A stretch of DNA of 58,046 nucleotides, from assembly GCA_030264375.1 (NCBI GenBank), contig JASCQW010000119.1, positions 32,043,303 through 32,101,348 on the forward strand, written 5' to 3'. Position 1 is the stretch's first letter. Each line of letters starts with the position of its first letter. Source of the stretch: Carcharhinus longimanus (taxonomy: Eukaryota). Below are positions 37,601 to 47,400 of the stretch, piece after piece. Both the position numbers and the translations under genes were made by a program. The notes beneath the pieces were generated by a model. It searched no databases. It saw nothing but the letters and a program-made list of their open reading frames with translations, and was not told the origin of the DNA.

Positions 37601-40600
37601 GAACTAAAAGTAATTATTTTCAAATAAATATAAAATTTAAATATAAACAACTTATTACAGAATAATTAAGGATGCTACGTGGGTACTTGCATTTTAAAAT
37701 TTTGTTTTCTAAATGGGGAAGTGCTTAGGAAATCAGAAGCACAAAGGACTTGGGAGTCTTTGTTCAAGATTCTCTTAAGATTAACGTGCAGTTTCAATCG
37801 GCAGTTAGGAAGGCAAATGCAATGTTAGCATTCATGTCAAGAGGGCTGGAATACAAGAGCAGGGATGTACCTCTGAGATATAAAAGGCTCTGGGTCAGAC
37901 CCTATTTGGAGTATTGTGACCATTTTTGTGCCCCGTATCTAAGGAAGGATGTGCTGGCCTTGGAAAGGGTCCAGAGGAGGTTCACAAGAATGATCCCTAG
38001 AATGAAAAACTTGTCGTATGAGGAACAGTTGAGGAAGCTGGGTCTGTACTCATTGGAGTTTAGAAGGATGAGGAGGGACCTAATTGAAACTTACAGGATA
38101 CTGCAAGGCTTGGATAAAGTGGACCTAGAGAGCATGTTTCCACTAGTAGGAAAAACTAGAATCAGAAGGCACAACCTCAGGCTAAAGGGACAATCCTTTA
38201 AAACAGATGACGAGGAATTTCTTCAGCCAGGGAGTGGTGAATCTGTGGAACTCTTTGCCACAGAAGGCTGTGGAGACCAGGTCATTGGGTATGTTTAAGG
38301 CAGAGATAGATAAGTTTTTGATTAATAAGGGGATCAGGGATTATGGGGAAAAGGCTGGAAGATGGGGATGAGAAAAATATCAATCATGATTGAATGGCAG
38401 AGCAGACTCGATGGGCTGAGTGGCCTAATTCTGCTCCTATGTCTTATGGAATAAAAAGTAGGGGTTAAAATCTTCCCAGAGAATTTGGCAACGAGACGAG
38501 GAAAAGTTGGAAAATGAGTCAATGATCTTTTTCTTAAATTTGACTATCATCTCTGGCAATTTTTATTAGTTTGTTCCAGAGAGGCATTGGTTGAGAAATC
38601 CTTTCTACTGAGAAATAGGGAATGAAATGGGGAACCTAAAGCTTGGGGGTGAGGAGGGAATTATTAACAAATAGAGGGGGGAATGTCCATGTCAAACACT
38701 TCCTTCTTTGTAACACATCTTTCTAAATATAGTCAAATCTTCACAAATGTGATATGTGTCCTTATGCACATTCTCTTTATTATTTGATTCTGATTGAATG
38801 GTTAGAATTGAAGAATGCAAGTCATCAAATTTACTTTAGCTCCAAGAAGAAAAACTTGAATTAAGCAACAGTTTAACCCCTTGCTGACATTTTTGAGAAA
38901 GCATTATGTGGGTCAGTGATAGTCACATCAACATTAACGTTAAACATTTTGTATGTACTTCAACGGGAACCTTCTTGATGTTTTCATGTAATTTACTGAA
39001 AGACATCTTTCCAAAGAGTGAGAATATTTAAATAATCTTGACCCAATGAATCTACTCCAATTTTTAAACTGGATTTTATTCTAAACTTAGTGAACCGAAC
39101 TGCTAATGAGAATTTGCAACACTATTCATTTATCTTCAATATCCCCGAGTTTTGTCGTAACGCTTTCACAAGAACCTACTTTCAAAGGACCATTTATTCA
39201 GTTCCTGGTATAAATCGTCAATCTTTCCTGTCTCGTCACGGAGTTTCTCCATTCTGCTGATGAAATCTTCGAGAACCTGAGGAACATTCAGAAAAATGGA
39301 GTAAGCACGTGTCCTGGATTGCACCGACTCCAATGGGGAGTACCAGGAACTTGGCAATCTGACCTTTGCATTTCTGTTTTCTTCACTTGTCTAATCGCGG
39401 CACCGCATATCTCGCTGTTCCGCGAACACAAGATAATCAGAACAGCTTTATTTACCTATGGAGAACCGATACCGTCTTATGCAGGCTAGGAGAATGAGTG
39501 TCTCCCTCCCCCGGGTGTATCAGTATTTGTAAGGGATCTTCCGTGTCACCCATTTTTCAAACCCACTGTCTAAGAAGCTGCTGAACAGACCCTCCGCCCA
39601 TCGGTTTGAGTTTTTTCCTTCCCTGGTTGAAAGCTAATTTCTTCGCAATGTTTAACCATCCTTCCTCCACTGCTGCGCCGGTATTTCCTTGGCAAGGTCC
39701 AGCTATGTTTGCGAAGCTTATTATGGGTGCTTTCCAAGCAAGGCGAAGCACAGATCAGAGACGTTGGGTTCGGCTGCACCGAAAGCAACCGCCCTCCTGT
39801 AAACAGGGGACTGAGATTGCACCGATTGCACCGAGACCTGTTTACATTGGTAGCAAGGCTCGGCTTCGATTGCACGCTATATGGTTCATTAATATTTCCT
39901 GACTCAATATTTCAATCTGCGCGTTGAAAAGAAAATCGCGCTTTATTTTCAAGGTGTGAGCTTTCTGCATGATCTTGCAGAACCCTGTGAGATGGACAGC
40001 TCTCTGGTTCCTAAATTACAAACAAACTCGCTAAAGAAAGCGCCGTAACAGGGAAAATTACAATGTAACCCCTGCCACTATCATGACAAAGATTTTCATG
40101 GTACCTTTGCGCTGTTCCTTTCCGCAGAATGTCCCTTCCCGGAATGTCCTTACTCCACAATGTCCCTTCCCCAGAATGTCCCTTCCCCAGAATGTCCTTA
40201 CCCCGTTGATTTTTCCATCCAGTTTCACCACTTCTGTTGGCTTCATCAACTTTTTCTGAAATATGCTCCGTACCCTTTGCCAATCTTTTCCTTCCCTGGT
40301 GTCAAGACAACGAAAAAAAAGAAGCATTCAACTTTGATGCCATGGATCTGACCGCCCGCCATTGGGATTGATGGGCACCGCTGTGTTAAACCTGGCAGAC
40401 ACTTTACTCATCGTTTTGGTCCGAAAACCCTTAACTCACATAGAACTCTCTCTGATAGCGGCGACTTATTTACACTGTTCGTGCTTGTGATCGCAGCCTG
40501 ATGCTCAACATCTGTGAATATAGCAATAGCCTTGCAGTAAGTTTGTAACAATTCCAAAATTCTGCCATGTGCAATTTCTCAATGAAATGCACTCCACGGG

Positions 40601-41413
40601 AGGAATCGGACTATCATTCGTATGTGAATATTTCCACGGGTTATTGCAATCGGCACAGCTGACATGGGCTTTGCCTTTGGTACTCACAGTATGAGCAGTC
40701 CATACGCCTCGTCTCTGTAGTCCCGGTAAGCTTTCCACGGTTTAATCTCCAGACGCTGCGGGTAATTGCTCTCTTTACGGTAAAGAGCTTCGAGCAGGCA
40801 CGGAGCCCCGATGTGTACGGTTTCAAATGGCCCCAATTTCATCTTAAAAATCTTCCCAAATTTCTTGTGAAATTCGACCTGTGAAAGAAGAACATACGCT
40901 TAAAGATAACGACGGGGGGAGGAGGGGGACACATCTGGATGGCCACTTGGTGCCCAGAGTTTGGGTCCCCATCGTTCCTGTAGTTATATATAAAAAGAAA
41001 AAAAACTTCGGATAATTGAGCTAGGAATTTTACTGCATTATTTTCTGAAATGGCAAATAAAAAATACTTTAGGTCAGATGAGCTAGGGATTTTGCTGCAT
41101 TATTTTCTGAAATGGCAAATCACACAGATTCTTATTGCAAATTGAGCTATGGATGAAGCTAGACTTGTTTTGGTCCCAGCCTTGGATTTACCAGTGTTTT
41201 GTGCTGTTTTTGGAGCCCTCCTCTCCGGATGATCTCCAGCAGGCTGCCTAGCACGGGCCAGCTGGTGGGACCTGGGATGGAGCTGTGGCCACACGGAGCC
41301 ATGGCTTTGTCTGCCACACTGCCAGCTGTCGAAAGCGGAGTGCGGTGTCGCAACTTGCCCCCTTGTCTCAGAAACTGCAGGAGCCGGCTGCCGTTCTTGC
41401 TCTGCACCCGCAT
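25528..41413 (-). CDS. CYP24A1: Cytochrome P450 24A1 (1,25-dihydroxyvitamin D3 24-hydroxylase, mitochondrial), spliced CDS: 41192-41413, 40688-40878, 40202-40295, 39180-39276, 37424-37515, 36476-36587, 30173-30318, 28465-28631, 27124-27202, 25749-25946, 25528-25638
   Basis: The 11 GT-AG exons join into an uninterrupted 1509-nt frame (502 aa + TAA). P450 motifs present: I-helix GGVET, ExxR (KESMR), PERW and heme loop [13 protein letters not shown]24-diagnostic peptides [23 protein letters not shown] and ELNKWSFE are present. Internal exon sizes (191/94/97/92/112/146/167/79/198) match the human CYP24A1 layout as I recall it. Confidence 0.97.
25749..25946 (-). CDS. CYP24A1: CYP24A1 exon 10 ([17 protein letters not shown]...PERW...[24 protein letters not shown]); heme-ligand Cys codon at 25797-25799
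   Basis: ccatag acceptor, GTAAGT donor, 198 nt; matches ORF 25686..25937. Confidence 0.97.
27124..27202 (-). CDS. CYP24A1: CYP24A1 exon 9 ([27 protein letters not shown])
   Basis: gtttag acceptor, GTAAGT donor, 79 nt. Confidence 0.96.
27935..28340 (-). mobile_element. CR1 3' fragment in CYP24A1 intron 8
   Basis: Reverse complement of the CR1 tail (ATAGAAAATAGGAGCAGGAGTAGG...). Confidence 0.85.
28465..28631 (-). CDS. CYP24A1: CYP24A1 exon 8 ([55 protein letters not shown])
   Basis: ttacag acceptor, GTTTGC donor, 167 nt; K-helix with LKACLKE typical of mitochondrial P450s. Confidence 0.96.
29200..29555 (-). mobile_element. CR1 fragment in intron 7
   Basis: Minus strand gives [16 protein letters not shown]. 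Confidence 0.75.
29560..29790 (+). mobile_element. HE1-like V-SINE in intron 7
   Basis: V-domain and CR1-type tail. Confidence 0.82.
30173..30318 (-). CDS. CYP24A1: CYP24A1 exon 7 ([49 protein letters not shown])
   Basis: ttttag acceptor, GTAATA donor, 146 nt; encodes the I-helix. Confidence 0.96.
30690..31090 (+). mobile_element. Penelope-like element pLTR fragment with a decayed hammerhead core (30955-30993)
   Basis: Pyrimidine-rich tract, TTGATGA-A-GAGTC/GACTC-AAAA, then CTAGATGCTGTCAGACCTGCTGAGATTTTCCAGCATTTTC tail shared with 20617-20700. Confidence 0.75.
32038..32380 (+). mobile_element. tRNA-derived SINE with a LINE-type 3' tail
   Basis: GGGAGGCAGTGGTGTAGT head, B box GGGTTCAAATCCC, AATAAATGCTGGCCAGCC tail; homologous copies at 2330-2660 (minus) and 47160-47400 (plus). 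Confidence 0.8.
32695..32737 (+). ncRNA. Minimal type I hammerhead ribozyme motif within a Penelope-derived repeat (32695-32815)
   Basis: Stem I GAATCCC/GTGATTC (6/7 pairs), core CTGATGA (32702-32708), stem II GGAG/CTCC, GAAA (32723-32726), palindromic AGCT stem III, predicted cleavage after C32730. Confidence 0.7.
36476..36587 (-). CDS. CYP24A1: CYP24A1 exon 6 ([37 protein letters not shown])
   Basis: tctcag acceptor, GTACAT donor, 112 nt; matches ORF 36348..36587. Confidence 0.95.
36898..37085 (+). mobile_element. tRNA-derived SINE of another family, in intron 5
   Basis: CAGTTAGCTGG A-box-like sequence and GGGTTCAATTCCC B box followed by a non-tRNA body. Confidence 0.65.
37424..37515 (-). 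CDS. CYP24A1: CYP24A1 exon 5 ([31 protein letters not shown])
   Basis: ttgcag acceptor, GTAAGT donor, 92 nt. Confidence 0.95.
37700..38450 (+). mobile_element. CR1 3' fragment in intron 4
   Basis: ORF 37750..38298 ([21 protein letters not shown]...[13 protein letters not shown]); CR1 tail at about 38390-38450. Confidence 0.92.
39180..39276 (-). CDS. CYP24A1: CYP24A1 exon 4 ([32 protein letters not shown])
   Basis: cctcag acceptor, GTAGGT donor, 97 nt. Confidence 0.96.
40126..40204. repeat. About 16-bp minisatellite (5 units) overlapping the exon 3 donor
   Basis: Plus-strand units (G/C)AATGTCC(CTT/TTA)C(C/T)CCA repeated. Confidence 0.9.
40202..40295 (-). CDS. CYP24A1: CYP24A1 exon 3 ([31 protein letters not shown])
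   Basis: accag acceptor, GTAAGG donor, 94 nt; contains the WxxxR C-helix motif. Confidence 0.96.
40688..40878 (-). CDS. CYP24A1: CYP24A1 exon 2 ([63 protein letters not shown])
   Basis: ttcacag acceptor, GTGAGT donor, 191 nt. Confidence 0.96.
41017..41120. repeat. 42-bp direct repeat in CYP24A1 intron 1
   Basis: TGAGCTAGG(A/G)ATTTT(A/G)CTGCATTATTTTCTGAAATGGCAAAT at 41017-41058 and 41079-41120. Confidence 0.9.
41192..41413 (-). CDS. CYP24A1: CYP24A1 exon 1 coding part ([17 protein letters not shown]...[28 protein letters not shown]), including an Arg-rich mitochondrial presequence
   Basis: ATG at 41413, 222 nt, donor CTG|GTAAAT; matches the ORF track 41159..41413. Confidence 0.93.
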
Positions 41414-41474
41414 TTTGGAAAAAAAATCTCAACAAATTCTCAGCCCCCTCTGTGTATACTGGTTTCTTACCGAA

Positions 41475-41587
41475 TATATATAGATACAGAGGCTTGTGTT
41501 GATCCCAGCCCCTGGCCAATCAGAAGAGGTACCTGGTTGGTGTGGCTGACAAGCTTATGGTTTAGTTTGTTCTGTCGCAAACACGTG
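41475..41587 (-). promoter_or_regulatory. CYP24A1 core promoter: TATA-like box (41475-41482), NF-Y CCAAT box (GGCCAATCAG, 41514-41523), E-box CACGTG (41582-41587)
   Basis: Motifs seen at typical spacing 60-175 nt upstream of the ATG; TSS predicted near 41450. Confidence 0.6.
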
Positions 41588-43659
41588 GAGAGTCAGAGCA
41601 GATTCTAGGAATCAAGTAATGACGAGCCGCAAATCACAACTCAACAACACTGCACATTGCAGCCCCAATTCATCCTGGGCCAATCCCACATCGTTAGGGC
41701 AAGAGCTGCAGTGAAAACCTGATTGAGGAATAACACATCTGCAAACAAAATCAAGATGAAAGAACAGACTTTTACAAATTGTTGCATTTTCTTATTTTAA
41801 AATCTGGAGCCAACTTGAACATTTGGGGTACTGACAGATCTCACATCCAGTCACTGATTTCTTTTCCACGAACCCTAAAATTTACACCCAAATGGTCCGC
41901 TCATATTCAGTAACATTTCCTTTCATTTCTTTCTGCGGCCCCATTCGCTCTCAGGCTTCCTCTTCGCAATTCCTCTGACTATGTCTCAGTGAATGGTTTG
42001 CGCGGATGCCAGCATTCTGGAAATATTCGGGAGGATGAGCTGTGATCAGCCAGGGTGTAAATCCAATTCAAACGCGTGCGTTTATTTTTCAATCGGGGTA
42101 TCAAAATAGGATAATGTCCCGCCCGGCACATCTCCGCCCTATAATCTCAGATGTGAGGCAGACATTGTGGGATGAACTCTGTAGCAGGATTTGACCAGGA
42201 TCTAGGCTGGCGTTGATGATAAATGAAAGAAGAGTCTCATCCAGCTGTTGAGCCGGACAAAGAAGATCCCAGGGCACGTTTTCTGGAGGAGTGGTGATGC
42301 TGTGCCGGAGTTGGGGTTATTTCTCCTTTCAGCAGCACCTCCAGAACAGACGAACTGGCCACTTACCTCACTGCCAAGAGGCTTGCCACTGCATTTGTTT
42401 AAACTTGTTATTATTTGACTTCGGGATGTATGATGTGCTTTGTGAACGAATTCACTTTCCTCATCAAAATGAGTCAGGTTTACACTTCCACATTTGATTA
42501 TCTTGTTTCTTTCCTTTCTCCTTGCTATTGTTTCGTCTGCTACTGCACCCCCGCCCCCCCCCCTCCCACCGCCCCATACNNNNNNNNNNNNNNNNNNNNN
42601 NNNNNNNNNCCCCCCCCCCCTCCCACCGCCCCATACAACTCTTGGTCTTCCTCTCTTCATTTTCGAATCTAATGCTGCGTTTAGCACCCTTCCCTCCAAA
42701 AGCTATAATGTTGACCTGTCCAGCCAGTGAGACTAAGTGCATCTTTCTCTTGGTGTGTATGGACGAGGGAGGGTGTAATATCTCAGAAAGCCCTACTGGA
42801 AAGGAATGGTATTCATTGTTCAACACGTACACAAGTCCCAGCTTTCTTTTAATTTAAACAATTCATCCAAATACATTACAATTTATCCAAATTTATCCAT
42901 TATAAATTACAATACATTATAATTTCACAATGATATAATATTAAATGTCAACACAAATATGCCTTCCTTGTACAGCAAGAAACAAACTCCCAATGAAAAT
43001 GGAGTCCATTGTAAGTTGCTATCTGTCATCTTTTTGGGTTACGCCTTCTGGGATTTTGCCTTCTAGGATACTTGACTCCCAACTGGTACAACAATTCTCA
43101 CACAAGTCTCAACTGGGACAATAGTTCTACAGGCCCTTCCCGGTAGCTGCCCAGTTCCACTTGATCAGGCCATTGTCTATTATCAAGGGAACTCTTATTC
43201 AACAAGCTCCACAGGGCGATCAGTTAAAGATCACCCATGGAACTCATGGGGATTATCACATGGGGGAAGACAGTAAAAGTCATCTAAAGTCTGTTCTTAT
43301 TCTATTAGAATCAGATAACTAAGGGCCTCATTTTAATCTCACCATACATTTATCAATTGATTTAATCTGTAAACGTGAGCACCATTTACTACATAGACAA
43401 GACTTTCATCGCCAGCATATAGCAACTGCTGATACGATAGCTTCTTCTCATGCCTATCTGATATTTTATTTTGTTTCTCGGAATAGTTTTACACATTTTA
43501 GTTAGGCACGGTCACACTTAACCAGTAACTGAAAGAGTGCTTCGACAGATGGAAATTAAGGTGTAGTAAATTTTGTAAATTGTTGTAATTATATTCTTTT
43601 ATTAAAAAGCTTTGCCTATAGCATGTAGCATGCATTAATTTTTAATATAGCTGATTAAA

Positions 43660-43905
43660 TGTAGCCTTCCCTCAGAAGGTTGCACATTCAAGTCTCACTC
43701 TCGGATTTGAGGACAAAAACCAAGGCTGACATTCCAGAGCAGTGCTGAAGAGGTGCTGCACTGTTGGGGGTGCCATCTTTCAGATGAGACTTTAAACTGA
43801 GATCCCCCTCTGCCTTTTTTGATACAAGATTCCCCAGCACTACTTTGAAGAAACATTGGAGTTACCCTGGTGTCATGGCCAATATTTGTCTCTCAATAAC
43901 ATTTC
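43660..43905 (+). mobile_element. Deu-domain SINE (SacSINE1/AmnSINE-like)
   Basis: GCTGACATTCCAG...GTGCTGCACTGTTGGGGGTGCCATCTTTCAGATGAGAC...GGCCAATATTT, recognised from memory of the family; a more decayed copy lies at about 26600-26990. Confidence 0.7.
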
Positions 43906-44459
43906 CTCACAAGAATTAGGAGACTTTGCTGATTTCATTCCCCCTCTTTAGTGTATTGAGACCAATTATAGCCTTCCTACTACTCAGTTAACTAAGCACA
44001 GATTGGAACAAATCTGGGACTTAGAACAAATAGTTCTGTGTCACAGTGGATAATATATATGGCCTATATCATCTTGAGAACTCTTTTAGAGTATAAAACT
44101 AATGAGGAAGTATGACAACATTGTGAGCTAAATTTGGATATGAAGTACTCATTTTTAAGTATTATTTGGGTGACAATCAGGAGCACAAGGAGAAGAGAAG
44201 GATCAAGAAGGGGAGGAACAGAAAGTACAATAGAAAGTGGAGGAACAGGAAGAGGAGAAGTATAACAAAGACAGTTGCTTTCTATCCATGTTCTACATGA
44301 TCATGTCACTCATGAACAATGCTGGTAACTCAGTCACATCTCCCCATTTAGTAACAGTCCCACAACAACACAAAAATAAACACAATCAGAAAACATACTT
44401 TGCGATCCAATTTTGAAGATTCAATCATTACATAATGTATAAAAATTAAACTTGTCACC

Positions 44460-46330
44460 CTGGCACATTCCCTCTTCTATGGTTTTTGCCTTTCTTAGCT
44501 CACCTTATGAGGCACTTATTCAGTGATTGCACGGTGGCTGATGGAAGGCTGTTGAAGAATGACATTGCGCAGATTTGTGCCTAGAAGTCTGGATTCTGAT
44601 GACATGATCTTGTCCTGGGCTGCAGCAGTCTTGGCTGGCTAACTGACAGGCATTGGCAAGGCCATTGTCAGAGCTGGTAGGATGGAAGTGGAAATGCTGT
44701 CATTTTGAAAGAGGAAAGCAGTGTTCCATGGAGTCACAGTCAATCTCCTGACTTGGTGGCTAAGCAATCCTACTGACCAATTGGAGAAGAGGTTGATGGA
44801 CTACTGTATCATCCTGGATGCTGTCCTTTTGAACAATGGTATTCTGAGCACCAATTGCAAAGGTCTGAACTTCTGCTGCAACACTCAGACTTTCGATGGG
44901 AATTTTATGTATGCAACGGAATCTGTGACACTAGCCGTCAGACGTTACACCACAATGGATTCACTGATGTGCTGATGGAAATGATCTCCAATTCCATTTG
45001 GAAAGAATGGGCACCAAAGTAGGTATTAAGTTGGTGCTGGATCTCTCCATGCTCCTTGACATTGTACCAAGTCTTTCTGGCAGGCTTTCCAGTCTACCAA
45101 GCACTTGTTTACATACACCCATCAGTTATTTTTTATAATCTGACTAATCAAAGCTGTCACTGCAGAGCAGAACAAGTGTATGACCTTGCCCTCTGATGAG
45201 TTGGCTCCTGTGCTATCCTTTCCCCCAGATCTGGCACAAATACACTGCTACTGGTGTCTCACCACCTACAGATTCCTCCTCCATCTAGGCCTCTAAAATA
45301 CATGCAATGTTGATCTCTAAACTGGTGGCTGTGAGGGGAAGATCAAGTGATATTGTCCCTTCATCTTCATCATCTCCTCCCTCTTTCCTCTCTGGTAAAG
45401 GTTCCAGTTTTTGGATATCTGAAAAGGGACAAAGTTTGGGTGGTTGTGAGGAGTGAGTAGAAAGTAAGAATGCATGTTCACACAATTTGTAGCTTGTGAA
45501 GTGAAAATACTGAGGGATCAGGGAGAAGTGGAAGAAATGAGGATGATTTAGCATGTGGTTCACTCCATTGTTGATTCCTTCAGCTCCATCAGTGGCCACA
45601 GACTTATTAATGCCTCTTCCCATGATGACCAGCACTATCTCTCTCTGAGGGTTGAAACATGTCCTCTTTCCTGCTGATTCCTGTTATACACCACTGTCTC
45701 CTGCAAAAAGAAAGATCTATGTCAGTGAATGTCCTGAAATATGGCTGGATAATGTAGCTGTCATTGTTGAATAACTGTCAGTGTATGCAGGCTGTGTCTT
45801 GTGAGTGTGAAGCAAGTAATAGCACTAATTGTGCCAGATGAGGTATTGCATGGTTTGGAGTCGAAGGGTTGAATTTTGATTGTTAGGGATTGCCAGTAGA
45901 TGATCGATGGGAGTATGGTCAATTGGATTGATGTAGTAACTCCATTGGTAGCTTATGTCAATTGATGAATGAACTCTATTATCTTGGCAGTTAATGCCAG
46001 TTTGTTAAGCTTCTTCCTGTACTGTTTCCAAGTTCTTGAAGCTACACTCTGGGCATTGAACTCCACCATTACTTCTTCCCATTGTCTTCTGGCCTTATTT
46101 CTGGAGCTCCTACTCAACTGCAGAAACAGCATTTCTCTCCTTTCTATGTCTTTCACCACAACCTCTAGTGTATTGTCAGAAACTGTGAGTGCACAGTATT
46201 TTGCATTTTCAGTCGTTCTTCATAGTATTGGTTCACTTATTGGAAGTCTCGCAGCCCTTCTTGCAGCTACACTGAGCCTGCCATTTAAGAGATGCAGGCT
46301 GATCATAACTCATAAAATCATCTGCTGATA
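44460..46330 (-). mobile_element. Harbinger accessory (Myb/SANT-like) gene remnant
   Basis: ORF 45953..46159 (ERREMLF...RRQWEEVMVEFNAQSVASRTWKQYRKKLNKL) is a trihelix/Myb-SANT motif; further exon-like pieces lie at about 45580-45700 and 45240-45420; outer limits uncertain. Confidence 0.7.
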
Positions 46331-46666
46331 CATGCAAGCAGTGAACAGTATGTAGAGCATTGACTGCACATTTAAAACAGCAGGTGATATAAATTTAACA
46401 TGGTGTACAATGAATAAACTGGGATTAATTGCCTTTTGTAATTCTCACAATCATTGTGAGACTTATTCAATTTAATGTCATTCAATTTAACTCTCATTAC
46501 ATTTTATTTCCACTTAAACATGAAAATGTCTTGAGAAGGTGTTGATTTGTAAGGTCATTAATGGGGAGTATATGCTAGTTACTAAATGACAACAAAAATC
46601 CATGACAGTTGTGTGCTTTGACCCTTTCCCTCTGGCAAGACAAAGTGGATTAACAGGTTTAGGAGA

Positions 46667-46701
46667 CGTTCAGTCAGGTCAAAATAGAGTCACTGAGTTC
46701 T
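46667..46701 (+). promoter_or_regulatory. Tandem pair of imperfect DR3 elements (CGTTCA-gtc-AGGTCA; GAGTCA-ctg-AGTTCT)
   Basis: Two DR3-spaced half-site pairs 5 nt apart, about 5.2 kb upstream of the CYP24A1 TSS. Confidence 0.35.
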
Positions 46702-47159
46702 TTCCAGTAAATTCTACTATCAGAAAATCTCTTTGCCAAGAGAGGTTTGTGAAATTCATGCCAGCGTCATTACCAAAGTCGTAATGAACCAGATTGCCCT
46801 GCGCAGCCTAGACTTATTTTATTTACTCATCAAATTCAATCAACAGAATTGGGATCTTTAGATTTGACCCACTAACTGCCGGTGAATTATAAATTTCTGA
46901 TACATAAAAAAGTATTTCTGGTGCATTGAGGGTTCAAACTGGTGGATTTGATTTCTACTTTATTTCCCTTTTTAGTGCTGTGTCAGAAGTATGATAAACA
47001 ATTAGGTTGAATTTTCAGTTGCCCGTCGGGTGCATTTGTATGCAGTCGGGATTGGAAAATTGAGCACTTGGGGTGGCATGACTTGTTTACTGACACCTCA
47101 CTATTACAGCTAGATTTCAAAGGCAGAGTGGGAGTAATTGTTCATTGAGTGTGTTGTGA

Positions 47160-47400
47160 GCATGGGGAGATGGTGGTATAGTGGTAAAGGTCATAGGGCT
47201 AGTCAGACTGAGGGTCAAATCCTAGGATGGCAACTACTGGAATTTGAACTCAAATAAGAAATCTGGAATGTAAAGCTAATCTCAGTAATTGGTTACCATG
47301 AAATTATCATCAATTGTCATAAAAGCCTGTTTGGTTCACTACTCCCTTTACGGGAGGAAATCTGTCCCCTTAACTGGTCTGGCCTACATGTGACTCCAGG
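47160..47400 (+). mobile_element. tRNA-derived SINE, same family as 32038-32380
   Basis: GGGGAGATGGTGGTATAGTGG head; GGAAATCTGTCCCCTTAACTGGTCTGGCCTACATGTGACTCCAG body. Confidence 0.75.

Larger units (their letters stand above)
39200..42350. promoter_or_regulatory. CpG-rich domain covering the CYP24A1 promoter and exons 1-4
   Basis: CpG dinucleotides are visibly retained compared with the CpG-depleted flanks (judged by eye, not computed). Confidence 0.65.

Noticed and set aside
37750-38298. 182-aa ORF nested antisense in CYP24A1
   Set aside because: It is the CR1 ORF2 C-terminus, 5'-truncated and with internal frameshift scars.
25528-41413. Alternative identity as CYP27A1, CYP27B1 or CYP27C1
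   Set aside because: The 11-coding-exon structure and peptides such as [16 protein letters not shown] and [15 protein letters not shown] fit CYP24A1.
41464-41472. Minus-strand CG|GTAAGA as the donor of an upstream non-coding exon
   Set aside because: It lies immediately 3' of the TATA-like box, probably upstream of the TSS, and there is no room for a normal intron before the ATG.
41559-41573. GGTTTA-gtt-TGTTCT as a proximal VDRE or GRE
   Set aside because: It has too many mismatches to either consensus to be distinguished from chance.
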